Of a stretch of DNA of 64,000 nucleotides, positions 30,064 through 40,498 are shown in pieces. Under the pieces are notes generated by a model. It did not search any database, had not been told where the DNA came from, and saw nothing but the letters and a program-made list of their open reading frames with translations. The stretch lies in the NCBI GenBank assembly GCA_963833985.1, contig CAWIAD010000001.1, forward strand, positions 1,760,001 to 1,824,000, written 5' to 3'. Position 1 is the first letter of the stretch, and each line of letters starts with the position of its first letter. Source of the DNA: an uncultured Planctomycetaceae bacterium (lineage in GTDB: Bacteria > Planctomycetota > Planctomycetia > Isosphaerales > Isosphaeraceae). The position numbers were made by a program, and so were the translations under genes.

Positions 30064-30212
30064 TTGCGGCAGGCTTGTTCCCTCGCTCTGCGTGGGAATA
30101 CCGGTCGGTAGGCTCTGCGTTCCATGGATTTCCCAGCCTTTAGCACGGGGCCAATCGACGCGGAGCGTTGCAGACGGCATTCCCACGCGGAGCGTGGGAA
30201 CGAGGAACAAAC
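30064..30212 (-). repeat. REP/REPIN-like palindromic element, family A
   Basis: Inverted TTCCCACGC(G/A)GAGCGTGGGAA hairpins at both ends; near-identical reverse complement of 40230-40379. Confidence 0.85.
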
Positions 30213-30496
30213 CTCTGACTGCACTGAACTTATTGCTATTCCAACGGTATTGCGATGAAGCCCGGCGAGATTGCGGGGCGGCGGTGGGATCATTCGCTCG
30301 GCACTTCCGCCCGCGGTGGTGGGTGGCTGGGACGGTTGCGCAGGTTCCACCGCCTGTGCGGACTCCGCGAGCGTTTTTTTGACATATCCTTCGCGTGGGC
30401 TGTATATTGAGAACGGTGCTTGCGAGCCCGCGGGACTGCGATCGCTGGCTGAATCTCATCGTGACTGCGCCTCTCCCACTGGCGTGGAGTCGATTC

Positions 30497-32089
30497 ATGA
30501 TGTCGCGCTCGTCCTCGGCCGTGCTGGTGACGGCATCGCTGGCGGCAGGTCTTGGCCTGGGGTTCGTACTGGGCCGCGGAGCACCGACGCTCTCGGCACA
30601 GGCCGCCAGGGGCGTGCCAGGGCAGGCTGCGGCTGCGGCTGCGACCGCGATTGCGACGCCGCCGGCCGCGAGCGCCGCGCGGGCCGATGACGCGGGCCGG
30701 CGGGATGGCCAGATCTACGATCAGCTTGCCCGGGAATATGAGCGGTTCGCGCATGTCGACCGCATGTTCGAGATGGTGGCGAAGGCCGTCTCGCCCTCGG
30801 TCGTGCATATCGTCGCCCAGAAAACGATGAGGCACGAGGAGACCCAGCGCATCAAGAAGTTCGAGGAGACCGGATCCGGGGTGATCGTCCGCAACGAGAA
30901 GATACCCGGGCTGTTCGTCCTGACCAACCATCACGTGGTGGAAGGCGGCAAGCCCGCGAAGATCCGGATCTTCCTGCATGACGGGCGGACATTGACGCCC
31001 GAGCGGATCTGGAGCGACGCCAAGGCGGACGTGGCCGTGCTCAAGCTCGACCGCGACGACCTGCCGGCGGCCCGGCTAGGCAACAGCGACACCGCCGTGG
31101 TGGGAAGCTGGGTCGTGGCGATGGGCAGCCCATTCGGACTGATGCACTCGGTCAGTCAAGGAATCATCAGCGCCCGCAGTCGCCACATGGACGAGCTTCA
31201 GGACGTGGAAAACCAGGACTTCTTGCAGACCGACGCCGCGATCAACCCGGGCAACTCGGGCGGTCCGCTGGTGAACCTCAAGGGCGAGGTCATCGGCATC
31301 AACAACTCGATCGCCTCCAATGGCGGGGGGAATGAAGGCGTCGGCTTCAGCATCCCGATCAACCTGGCGCGGTGGATCATGAACGAGCTCATCGCCAATG
31401 GCCACGTCACGCGCGGGGCCCTGGGCGTGGACCTCCAGCCCAACTTTCGCCAGGAGGATGCACAGAACCTCGGTCTCGACCGGCCGCACGGCGCCTGGGT
31501 GGACAAGGTTCATCCCGAATCTCCCGCGTCGCGAGGCGGCTTGCGGGACGGAGACGTGATTCTCGGGTTCGGCGGCGTCGACATTCACGACCTCAATCAC
31601 CTCATCAACGCCGTTTCGATGACGCCCGTCGGCGTTCCCGTCGATGTGCGGATCTGGCGCCAACGCAAGGAAATCGCGCTGCGAATCACCGTGGGAGACC
31701 GCGAACGGACGCTGCCGGAAACCGAGGTGGTGCAGGTTCCCCGCCCCGCCGAGCCAGCCGACCTGATTCGCCGTCCGGACCGCCCCGGGCCCACGTCCAC
31801 CTTCGCGCTCGGGCTCGAGCTGTTGACGCTCAATCCGCAGCTCGCGCTGCGGCACCATCTGCCGGAGTCGGAGCGGGGAGCGATGATCCTCACCGTCGAT
31901 CCGCAGAGTCCGCTGGCGACGATCTGCCAGCCCAGCGACGTGATCTCCCGGATCAATGACCACGCCGTGGAGTCGGCCGAGCAGGCGGTCAAGCTGATCA
32001 ACGAACGGGTGGAGCACGACCCGCTGATCGTGAGTCTTGATCGCCGGGGCGGCCAGGGGATCGAGCGCTACACGGTCCGGGTGCCTTGA
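30497..32089 (+). CDS. HtrA/DegQ-family serine protease with PDZ domains
   Basis: GSGV, TNHHV, DVAV, QTDAAINPGNSGGPL, two PDZ-like regions, N-terminal membrane anchor. Confidence 0.93.
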   Translation: MMSRSSSAVLVTASLAAGLGLGFVLGRGAPTLSAQAARGVPGQAAAAAATAIATPPAASAARADDAGRRDGQIYDQLAREYERFAHVDRMFEMVAKAVSPSVVHIVAQKTMRHEETQRIKKFEETGSGVIVRNEKIPGLFVLTNHHVVEGGKPAKIRIFLHDGRTLTPERIWSDAKADVAVLKLDRDDLPAARLGNSDTAVVGSWVVAMGSPFGLMHSVSQGIISARSRHMDELQDVENQDFLQTDAAINPGNSGGPLVNLKGEVIGINNSIASNGGGNEGVGFSIPINLARWIMNELIANGHVTRGALGVDLQPNFRQEDAQNLGLDRPHGAWVDKVHPESPASRGGLRDGDVILGFGGVDIHDLNHLINAVSMTPVGVPVDVRIWRQRKEIALRITVGDRERTLPETEVVQVPRPAEPADLIRRPDRPGPTSTFALGLELLTLNPQLALRHHLPESERGAMILTVDPQSPLATICQPSDVISRINDHAVESAEQAVKLINERVEHDPLIVSLDRRGGQGIERYTVRVP

Positions 32090-33123
32090 TGAGCGTGAGC
32101 GTGCTGAGCCAGGCCGTGGCCCGGCTCGAGGCCGGAGAATCGCTCGACCCGGAATCGTGCCGGGCCGCGATCGCCGCCATGCTCGACAGCGTTGCGGGCG
32201 ACGCGGAAACTGCCGCCTTTCTCACGGCGCTGCACCGCAAGGGAGAGACGGCCGGCGAACTCGCAGGCGCCGTCGCGGCGATCCGCGAGCGGATGATTGC
32301 CTTCCATCCCGGCGGCACGGGGCAATCACTCCTGGACACCTGCGGCACCGGTGGCGATGGTGCGAACACGTTCAACATCTCGACGGCAACGGCCATCGTC
32401 CTGGCGGCATGCGGCGCGCGGGTTGTCAAGCACGGCAACCGGGCGGCTAGCGGCCGGTCGGGGAGCTCCGAGGTCCTGGAGCGGCTGGGCATCGGCGTTG
32501 AGCTCGAGCCTGCCGTGCTCCACCGCTGTCTCGAGGAGCTAGGGATCGCGTTCCTCTACGCGCCCGCGTTTCATCCGGGACTGCGGCGCGTGTCCGCCGT
32601 ACGGCGCGCACTGCCGTTCCGGTCGATCTTCAACCTGGTGGGTCCGCTCTGCAACCCGGCCAGCCCGTCGCACCAGCTCGTGGGCATTCCCGACCCGCGG
32701 CAGGCCCGGCTCATGGCCGAGGTGCTGAGCCGGTTCGAGACCACGCGCCGGGCGGTCGTCGTGAGCGGAGGCGACGGGCTCGACGAGGTCACCCTGGACG
32801 GCTCCACGCATGGGTTTGTGGTCGAGGCGGGAACGATTCGCGACCTGATGTGGACCCGTAATGACTTCCAGCTCCCCCGTGTCCGAGCCGTCGCGCTGCG
32901 TGTCTCCGGCCCCGAGGAGAGCGCCTCTCTGCTGCGTGAATTGCTCGCGGCCCAGCGCGGACCGGTGCGCGATATCGTGCTGGCAAACGCGGCCGCGGCG
33001 CTCTGGACGCTTGATCCGCAACCGCTTCCGCTGCTGGTGGAGCGCGCCGCGAGCGCCATTGATTCGCACGCCGCCGCCCGGCTGGTGGCGCGCTGGAGCG
33101 AGCTGACACGTCCGGTCACCTGA
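32089..33123 (+). CDS. trpD: Anthranilate phosphoribosyltransferase
   Basis: DTCGTGGDG, FNIST, KHGNR, FNLVGPLCNP, GLDE. Confidence 0.95.
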   Translation: MSVSVLSQAVARLEAGESLDPESCRAAIAAMLDSVAGDAETAAFLTALHRKGETAGELAGAVAAIRERMIAFHPGGTGQSLLDTCGTGGDGANTFNISTATAIVLAACGARVVKHGNRAASGRSGSSEVLERLGIGVELEPAVLHRCLEELGIAFLYAPAFHPGLRRVSAVRRALPFRSIFNLVGPLCNPASPSHQLVGIPDPRQARLMAEVLSRFETTRRAVVVSGGDGLDEVTLDGSTHGFVVEAGTIRDLMWTRNDFQLPRVRAVALRVSGPEESASLLRELLAAQRGPVRDIVLANAAAALWTLDPQPLPLLVERAASAIDSHAAARLVARWSELTRPVT

Positions 33124-33274
33124 CCAGCTCGCGGATGGACGGCAGCGCCGGCTGACTCGTATGGCGGGTTCATGCGGCCACGCGCAGAGCTTTGCCAGCC
33201 GGTGGGTTGCGCTGCGCTGACCTGCCCTACGAGCCACGGGCTTTGCCAGCCGGTGGGTTGCGCTGCGCTGACCC

Positions 33275-34722
33275 CATAGCGTCCAACTTAAGGAATTTGG
33301 CCTAGGAAAAAAGAAAGGAAGTCCTTAATCCAGTTCGCGTTGTATCGAGCAAGCGCGTCCTGGAAGAAGGAGCTTCCGTTGGGGATCATAAACAAGGTGG
33401 CCGTGTTGTTGCAATCGAGCTTGGGTTCGAAACTCGACGAGATCGGTCGTGCGACGGGCGTGATCCGGCGGCAACGAAAATTCTCGGGCGCGTCGCTGCT
33501 CAAGACCATGGTTCTGACTGTGATGAAGACGCCTCGCCCCCATACCAACGACTTCGTCGCGACGGCGGCACTGCTGGGTGTGAACGTGACTGCCGAGGCG
33601 ATCGAAAAGCGGTTCTCGGAGAAGCTCGTCGCGCACTTGCCGCGGGTTTGGAACACGTGTTGGAGTCCGTCGTGGAGGCGTCGGCGGCCGGCGTGGCGCT
33701 GCTGGACAAGTTCACCGCCGTCGTGATCGCCGACAGCACCACGGTGACCTTGCCCGACGAATTCGAGGCGGAATTTCCCGGCTGCGGTGGCAAAACGGGC
33801 AGTGGTAAGGCAGCGGTGAAAATTCAGGTGGCGTGGGAACTGCGCCGCGGTCAGTTGGAGAAGTTGGAGGTCCATCCCGGTCGTCACAGCGACGCCACGA
33901 GCGTGGACGTGGACGCACCAGTGGTCTCCGGATCGCTGACGCTCCGCGACCTGGGATACTTTTGCCTGGAGCGGTTCCGATCCATCGGCGCGCAAGGAGC
34001 TTATTGGATTTCGCGTTGGCAACACGGCACGGCCGTTTTCGACGCGGAGGGGCGGCGATGGGAGATGCTGGCGTTTCTCCGACGGCAACCCGCCGGCATG
34101 CCGGTCGACGTGTCGATCGCGGTGGGCGCGGCGGAGCGTCTGGGATGTCGGTTGATCGCCTTGCGAGTGCCTCCGGAGGTGGCGAACCGACGTCGGCAAG
34201 CGGCCTACGAAAAGGCTCAAAAACACGGCCGCGTGCCCACGCAAGAACATCTGGACTTGTGCGACTGGACGATTTTCCTGACCAACTGCCTGGCCGCACT
34301 TCTGACGTGGAAAGAGGTCGTGGTCCTGTATCGGACGCGCTGGCAAATCGAACTGCTGTTCAAACTTTGGAAATCTCACAACCACCTCGCCGAGTCGCGT
34401 GCACACTGGACCAGCATGGAACGCCTGGCGTTGTTCTGGGCGAAACTGATCGGCGTGGTGCTTCAGCATTGGCTGCTCCTGACCGCGAACGCGGCCGATC
34501 CCCGCCGCAGCCACTGGAAAGCGGCCCGCGTCATCCGGAACTGGATGGAATCCCTGACCCGAGCGTTGGATAACATCGACGAGCTCATACGCACCTTGAG
34601 AGACATGGCCACGACGATCGCTAGCGTCGCTCAGAAGAAACGTCGGAAGAAACGGCCCAGCCTATTCCAACTCCTTTTGGATCCAGAACTTCTGGAATGG
34701 AATCCTTAAGTTGGACGCTATG
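33275..34722 (+). mobile_element. IS4-family insertion sequence, 1448 bp
   Basis: Perfect 20-bp IR CATAGCGTCCAACTTAAGGA / TCCTTAAGTTGGACGCTATG; 20-bp flanking direct repeat. Confidence 0.93.
33379..34709 (+). CDS. IS4 transposase (TTG start; frameshift ~33640)
   Basis: IADST, RDLGYF, YRTRWQIELLFKLWKS (YREK signature); AAGGAG RBS. Confidence 0.9.
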
Positions 34723-34913
34723 GGGTTGCGCTGCGCTGACCCACCCTACGGGCTCGCGGATGGACGGCAGCGCCGGGTGACTCGTATGGCGCGGGTTCAT
34801 GCGGCCGCGCAGAGCTTTGCCAGCCGGTGGGTTGCGCTGCGCTGACCTGCCCTACGGGCCACGGGCGGCAGGCGGTTACTTGCGGGCATTGTGGGACGAT
34901 GCCGGCTGGACGG

Positions 34914-35279
34914 TCAGCTCGTTTTCATGCTCTCCAGCGCCGTTCTCTGGTCGCGGTCGATGGTGAAGAGGCGGTCCAGGTTCGCGGTGCGAAAGACCTG
35001 CTGCAAGATCGTGGAGAGCTCGCAGAGGCGCATCTTGCCGCGCGTGGCATCGACCCGGCGCTGGATCAGGATCAGCTTGGAGAGCGCGGTGCTGGAGATG
35101 AGGTTGACGTCCGAGAAATCCAGGATCAGCCGGATGGGCGTGCCGTCGCTGGGCAAGCAGAGCGAGATCTGCTCCGCGACCTCGCGGACGGTGCGCTCGT
35201 CAAAGAGCTGCTGGTCCTGGAAGCGGACGACCGTGACACCGTCGACGGTGTTCACCTGGATGCGAGCGGTCGCGGGCAT
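34914..35279 (-). CDS. STAS-domain anti-sigma-factor antagonist
   Basis: LILDFSDVNLISSTALSKL...LCEL...VFRTANLDRLF. Confidence 0.88.
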   Translation of the reverse strand: MPATARIQVNTVDGVTVVRFQDQQLFDERTVREVAEQISLCLPSDGTPIRLILDFSDVNLISSTALSKLILIQRRVDATRGKMRLCELSTILQQVFRTANLDRLFTIDRDQRTALESMKTS

Positions 35280-35346
35280 GATCGGAACCCTGAAAAAAGC
35301 TCGAGGTGCAAGGCGCGAGACGCGAGTCCTTCGCACGCGGGACGAC

Positions 35347-35864
35347 TCACGATGGATCCGGATCCACCTTTTTGCGCCTCAGCCGGCCAACGCCTGCCAG
35401 ACCTCCGGACTGCGGTGGCGGCTTGCTGGGTGTTTCGGACGCGGAGCTCGCTTGTCCCGCCGGCTGGCCGTTGCCCGCGGCAGCGGCCCGCGCGGACGCG
35501 GAGGAATTGCCGCTGGCAATGAGTTCCAGGGCGGCAGCCCGATCCGCGGCGAACTCGAAGAGCGGCTCGAGCTTGCTGGCACGAAAGACCTCGCGCACCG
35601 TGGGCTCCACGTTGCAGAAGATCAAGCGGCCGCCGTTTTGACGCACCTCGCGGTGCACGGAAACGAAGATCCCCAGCGAGGCCGAACCCGCGAAGCCGAC
35701 TCCGGACAGGTCGATCACCAGCTCCGGGCGCCCTTCTTGCCGCGATGCGCCTCATAGTGGGACCTCAACTCCTGGACGGGAGCCGGGTCCAGCCTCCAGC
35801 AGTCCCAGAACTCGGCGATCAGGATCCCGTCGTGCACGTGGAGCTGGACCGAGGGCTTTAACAT
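35347..35864 (-). CDS. STAS-domain anti-sigma-factor antagonist (frameshift ~35728)
   Basis: MLKPSVQLHVHDGILIAEF... then VIDLSGVGFAGSASLG...VREVFRASKL. Confidence 0.8.
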
Positions 35865-36300
35865 GGACGACCTGTCCGTGGAGAATGTCTGAGCAATGGG
35901 GTGGCAGCATTCAGGCTTCAGTCTAGCAAGGACGATCGTGCGCCTTCCAGTACGGAATCTCCAGGGGCCACCGGGCCGCCTGGGCAATCGGTACACCCGG
36001 CAAGGTGCGGCGAGCGAACCCGATCCTTCGCTCAAGCCATCGGCGCGGTCATCCGATGAGGCAAGAAGAGGGCTGCTCAGAGCGTGGTGCCACGTGCGAG
36101 CGGGGACCAGCGGCGACAACGGCATGGGACCACACGGCCTTGCCCGGTGCAACGGCCGCGGAGCCCAGGTTCCATTCGCCTCCGCATTTGCTACCATGAG
36201 GCAAGGCCGGATCTTGCGGCGAACCGAGACGAGCCGGATAGCGCCGGCCGTCCATCAGCCGGGGAAAAGGTACACGAGGCTTGGAAGGGGAGACAGGCTG

Positions 36301-37302
36301 ATGCTTCGCACGATGCTCATGGGGCTTCTGGGCCTGCTGATCGCGAACCCGGCCGCGCCGGCACAGAACTTCGACTGGACGGCCTCGGCACTTCCTGAGC
36401 GCGCTTACGATTTCGGTACGGTCGCTCGCGGTTCGCAGATCCGCCATGCCTTCCCCCTGGTGAACCGCTCAAACCAGGAGATCCGCATCGCCGACACGCG
36501 CACCAAGTGCGGCTGCACGAACGTCCGCATCGGGGCCAGGGTCATCCCGCCCGGGACGCAGACGACCATCGAGGCCACCATCGACACCACCAAGTTCCTG
36601 GGTTTCAAGCCCTCGGGACTCACGGTGATCTTCGATCGGCCGTCCTTTCTGGAGGTCGACCTGAACCTCACCTGCTTCATCCGCGGCGACATCGTTCTGA
36701 CCCCGGGACAGGTTGACTTCGGCATCGTCCGGCGCTCGGAGAAGATGCCGCCGGCCACGCTCACCTTGACCTACGCCGGGGGACGTTCGGACTGGGAAGT
36801 CACCAAGATGAAGACTCTGAGCTCCAAGGTAAGGGCCGAGCTGCGGGAGCTATCGCGCACCGCGGACGGCCAGATCCATTACTCGCTCACGGCCACGCTT
36901 CAGCCGGGTGTCACCAATGGCTACTTCAAGGACGAGATCACGCTTCTGACCAATGACCAGGGAAGTCCCACAATCCCGATCTCGGTCGTGGCGAATATCC
37001 AGAGCGCCGTGGCCGTGACGCCGTCGATCATCAACTTCGGCAGCGTACGCCCCGGCCAGTCCGTCTCCAAGACCATCCTGGTCCGCTCGAAGGACCCCTT
37101 TGCCATCACCCGGCTCGCGCCGAGCGCCGATGCGGTGAAGGCGGGCGATGAAGGCAAGGAATCTCGGGCCGTGCACACCTTGAAGGTCACATTCCAGGCT
37201 CCCGAGCAGCCCGGCCCGTTCCACGCCACACTGAATATCGACACCGACATCCAGGATGAGCCGCCCGCGGTGCTCAAGATGTTCGCCACGGTCGCGCCCT
37301 GA
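36301..37302 (+). CDS. DUF1573-type secreted Ig-like repeat protein
   Basis: Signal peptide, YDFGTV, KCGCT, repeated P..V/I.FG.V units. Confidence 0.85.
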   Translation: MLRTMLMGLLGLLIANPAAPAQNFDWTASALPERAYDFGTVARGSQIRHAFPLVNRSNQEIRIADTRTKCGCTNVRIGARVIPPGTQTTIEATIDTTKFLGFKPSGLTVIFDRPSFLEVDLNLTCFIRGDIVLTPGQVDFGIVRRSEKMPPATLTLTYAGGRSDWEVTKMKTLSSKVRAELRELSRTADGQIHYSLTATLQPGVTNGYFKDEITLLTNDQGSPTIPISVVANIQSAVAVTPSIINFGSVRPGQSVSKTILVRSKDPFAITRLAPSADAVKAGDEGKESRAVHTLKVTFQAPEQPGPFHATLNIDTDIQDEPPAVLKMFATVAP

Positions 37303-37416
37303 GCCACGACCACGCAACATCGCATTGACTGGACGCCGACAGTCCGCGTATCTTCTTGCCACTGCCCGGGCAGAGGCCGCGTTTCTTCTTGCCACTGCCC
37401 GGGCCCGGGTGCACTG

Positions 37417-38687
37417 GTGGCCGAGGACGCGACGATGCTCGCAGGGAAGGAACCGACCGCCGGTGCGGCTTCTTGGCCGCTGGCGCTGGCCGTCGCTGAT
37501 ATCAACTGGTTCACCACCGAGAGCCTCTTCCGGGAAATCGACGGCCCAGGCGTCTCCCTGCTCGCCCTGCGCTGCCTCGATTACCTCAATGGCTGGCGCC
37601 AGGGCGCTTCCCCTGGTCACGCACGGGCAGGCCCCAGCCATGGGGACGCGGCGCTCAGACGCACGACCTGATCTTGCCCAGCGGCTGGATGAAGCAGTTT
37701 CCCCGCTGGGGCATGCGGCCCATCGCGGCGTCGATCCAGGCGTTCTGGCAGCGCTCCGATGCCCGGGCCCGCCGCGGCCTGGTCCTGACCTATCCGCATT
37801 ATCTCTATCTGTGCGAGCAGCTTGCGCCCGATATCGTGCTCTACTACAACATTGATGACTACACGCTCTACTGGCCTCGGCACGCCGCCGAGCTACGCCG
37901 CCTGGAGCACGAACTGGTGCGCCGCGCGGACGCCACGATCTGTGTCGCACGCTCTCGGGCCGACGAGCTCCGCGCCGCGCTTCCGGATGCCGCCGGCAAG
38001 ATCCATCACCTGCCGCACGGCACGCCGGCACCGTTCCTGGCGGATGAGCCCTGCCATCGGCCCGCGCGCGCACCGCAGGAGATCGCCGGACTTCCCCGGC
38101 CGCTGCTGGGATACGTCGGTTCCATCGGTCCGCGTGTCGACTGGCGGCTCATGACGCGGCTCAGCGAGGCCTTCCCGCTGGCGTCGCTGGTCGTGGTGGG
38201 CGACCGGCCTCATCCAAGACGCAAGAAGGAGCCGTGGTTCGGGGACTGGCTGGGCTTCGCGTCACGGGCCAACGTGCATCATACGGGTCCACGGTCCCAG
38301 GACCAGCTTCCCCTGTACTACCAGGCCTTCGACGTGAACCTGATTCCATACGTTCAGGATCATCCCTTCAACCGCGCCTGCTGTCCCACGAAGATCGCCG
38401 ACGGTCTGGGCTCGGGCCGGCCCATGGTTGCCACGGCCATCCCGGAATGCCGGCTCTCCGCGCACCTCTTCGACGTGGCCGAGAATGCCGACGCCTTCGT
38501 GGACGCCGTGCAGTTCATCCTGGCGCACGGGTCGGACGACGGTCGCTGCGGCCTGCGACACGAGCATGCCCGGGAGCACACCTGCCGCGCGACGGCGGCG
38601 TCGATTCTGCGGCTCTTGCAATGGGTGATCGAGCCGGAGCCGTCGTTCGGGGAAGCGCCGCGGCAGGCCGCCACGGCGCCAAGTTGA
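37417..38687 (+). CDS. GT4/GT-B glycosyltransferase (frameshift(s) ~37600-37670)
   Basis: YYNIDDY, LPRPLLGYVGSI..RVDW, FDVNLIPY, PTKI..LGSGRPMVAT. Confidence 0.8.
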
Positions 38688-38804
38688 GAACCCTGTGGCA
38701 ACCGGTCCGACCAGGCGTTAAAGTTTGCAGGTCGCTACTCCGGCCGCCGCCCATGTTCCGCATCTGGACCACACCTCCGCAACCTTCAAGCTCCGAGACC
38801 CGCG

Positions 38805-40070
38805 ATGAATGCCGTAACCCGGATCAAGCTTTCGGTGATGATGTTCCTCGAATACGCCATCTGGAGCGTGTGGGCCTTGATGCTTGTGCCGCATCTGCAT
38901 GAGCTCCAGATGAGCGAGGTCTCCATCGGGCTGGTCATGGCGTGCGGGGGCCTGGGCTCCATTCTCGGTCCGTTCATCGTGGGGCAGCTTGCCGATCGCT
39001 ACTTCGCCACCGAGAAAGTGCTTGCGGTCTGCCATCTGCTCGGTGGCGTGCTGCTCATCGCCGCCTCGTACTGCACCACGTTCTGGCCCATCTTCCTGCT
39101 GATGCTCATCTATTGCAGCCTTTACTTTCCCACCGTCGGGCTCACCAATTCCCTCACGTTCCGGGCGCTGGGGGACGAGCACACCAGCCAGTTCGCGCCA
39201 ATCCGTTTCTGGGGAACCATTGGCTGGCTCACGGCGACGTTCCTGGTCGGCCGTTACCTGAACCTGGGCAGCGAGAACAGCCCCGGGCTCAAGTCCTGGT
39301 TCGACCTGGTCGGTGAGCCCGGCAAGATGGAAGTGCTGCGCATACCCGGTCTGATCTCGCTGGTGCTCGGCGTCTACAGCCTGTGGCTGCCGCACACTCC
39401 TCCGGCCAGCACGAGCACGCAAGGCACGCACCGCGAGAAATCGGCATTCGTGGAAAGCCTGGAGCTCATGAAGGACCGTTCCTTCGCCGTCCTGCTGCTG
39501 GTCTGCGGCCTCTTCGGCTTCGCCCTTTATTACTATTTTCAGTGCGAGGGCCGGTTCCTGCCGGACGTCGGCTCCACGTCGAACAACGTGGGCACGCAGA
39601 TGACCGTGGGACAGATTGGCGAGATGATCTCGATGGCCCTCGTGCCGTTCATGGTTGCCCGCATCGGCATGAAGTGGACCATGGCCCTCGGGGGCCTGGC
39701 CTACGTGCTCATGTTCGCGCTCAACATGCTCGGCCAGCCGTGGGCCCTCATGGTCGGAGTCAATATCCTGCACGGCTTCTGCTTCGGGTTCCTCTTCGTG
39801 GTGGCGTCGATGTACGTGGACAAGGCCGCGAGCGCGGATATCAAGGCGTCGGCGCAAAGCCTCTTCGTGTTCGTGGTCTACGGTCTGTTCAACGTGGTGG
39901 GCAACGTGGGTGCGGGCTACATCCGCGACCTGCTGCTGCCGAACTGGACCGCCGTCTGGGCCATTCCCCTGGCCGTCACCGCGTTCTTCCTGCTTGTCTT
40001 CGTGGCTCTCTTCCACGAGAAGAAGACCGTGGCCGAGCCGGAACGCGCGATCGCCCCGGCCGGAGTCTAG
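38805..40070 (+). CDS. MFS transporter, nucleoside:H+ symporter (NupG/YegT-like)
   Basis: LSVMMFLEYAIW, GQLADRYF, IRFWGTIGW, GQIGE, LHGFCF; about 12 hydrophobic segments. Confidence 0.88.
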   Translation: MNAVTRIKLSVMMFLEYAIWSVWALMLVPHLHELQMSEVSIGLVMACGGLGSILGPFIVGQLADRYFATEKVLAVCHLLGGVLLIAASYCTTFWPIFLLMLIYCSLYFPTVGLTNSLTFRALGDEHTSQFAPIRFWGTIGWLTATFLVGRYLNLGSENSPGLKSWFDLVGEPGKMEVLRIPGLISLVLGVYSLWLPHTPPASTSTQGTHREKSAFVESLELMKDRSFAVLLLVCGLFGFALYYYFQCEGRFLPDVGSTSNNVGTQMTVGQIGEMISMALVPFMVARIGMKWTMALGGLAYVLMFALNMLGQPWALMVGVNILHGFCFGFLFVVASMYVDKAASADIKASAQSLFVFVVYGLFNVVGNVGAGYIRDLLLPNWTAVWAIPLAVTAFFLLVFVALFHEKKTVAEPERAIAPAGV

Positions 40071-40498
40071 GCCCGGCGGCGGACGCTCGCCTGCCTACTC
40101 GCGGTGCAACAGTCCCCGGGCGCGGAGGAAGCCGCGCGCGACGTCTTCCGGCTTCTTTTCCTCGTTCCCACGCTCCGCGCAGGAACAAGTCTGTCGCAAA
40201 CCTATTATACTATTTATTTTACTCTCTATGTTTGTTCCTCGTTCCCACGCTCCGCGTGGGAATGCCGTCTGCGACGCTCCGCGTCGATCGGGGGCCAGTG
40301 CTGAGGCTTGGAAATCCAGGGAACGCAGAGCGTCCCGACCGGTGTTCCCACGCAGAGCGTGGGAACAAGTCTGTCGCAAGCCACTTATCTCCTTCTCGTT
40401 GACGCGTCCAGGCCCAGCGGCGGACGCTCGCCTGCCTACTCGCGGCGCAACAGTCCCCGGGCGCGGAGGAAGCCGCGCGCGACGTCTTCCGGCTTCTT
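40065..40498. repeat. ~93-bp direct repeat (40065-40157 / 40406-40498) enclosing family-A REP elements
   Basis: Copies differ at about 3 positions. Inside are an internally deleted element (40160-40199), an AT-rich spacer and a full element (40230-40379). Confidence 0.85.

Larger units (their letters stand above)
33127..34866. repeat. REP cluster, family B: three GTAG-type hairpins plus ~115-bp direct repeats, split by IS4
   Basis: GGTGGGTTGCGCTGCGCTGACC(TG/CA)CCCTAC (minus strand begins GTAG) at 33201, 33252 (split) and 34826; 33127-33241 is similar to 34752-34866. Confidence 0.85.

Noticed and set aside
33127..34866. Repeats as a CRISPR array
   Set aside because: Only three hairpins, the spacers are themselves duplicated and irregular, and there are no cas genes; a REP cluster fits better.
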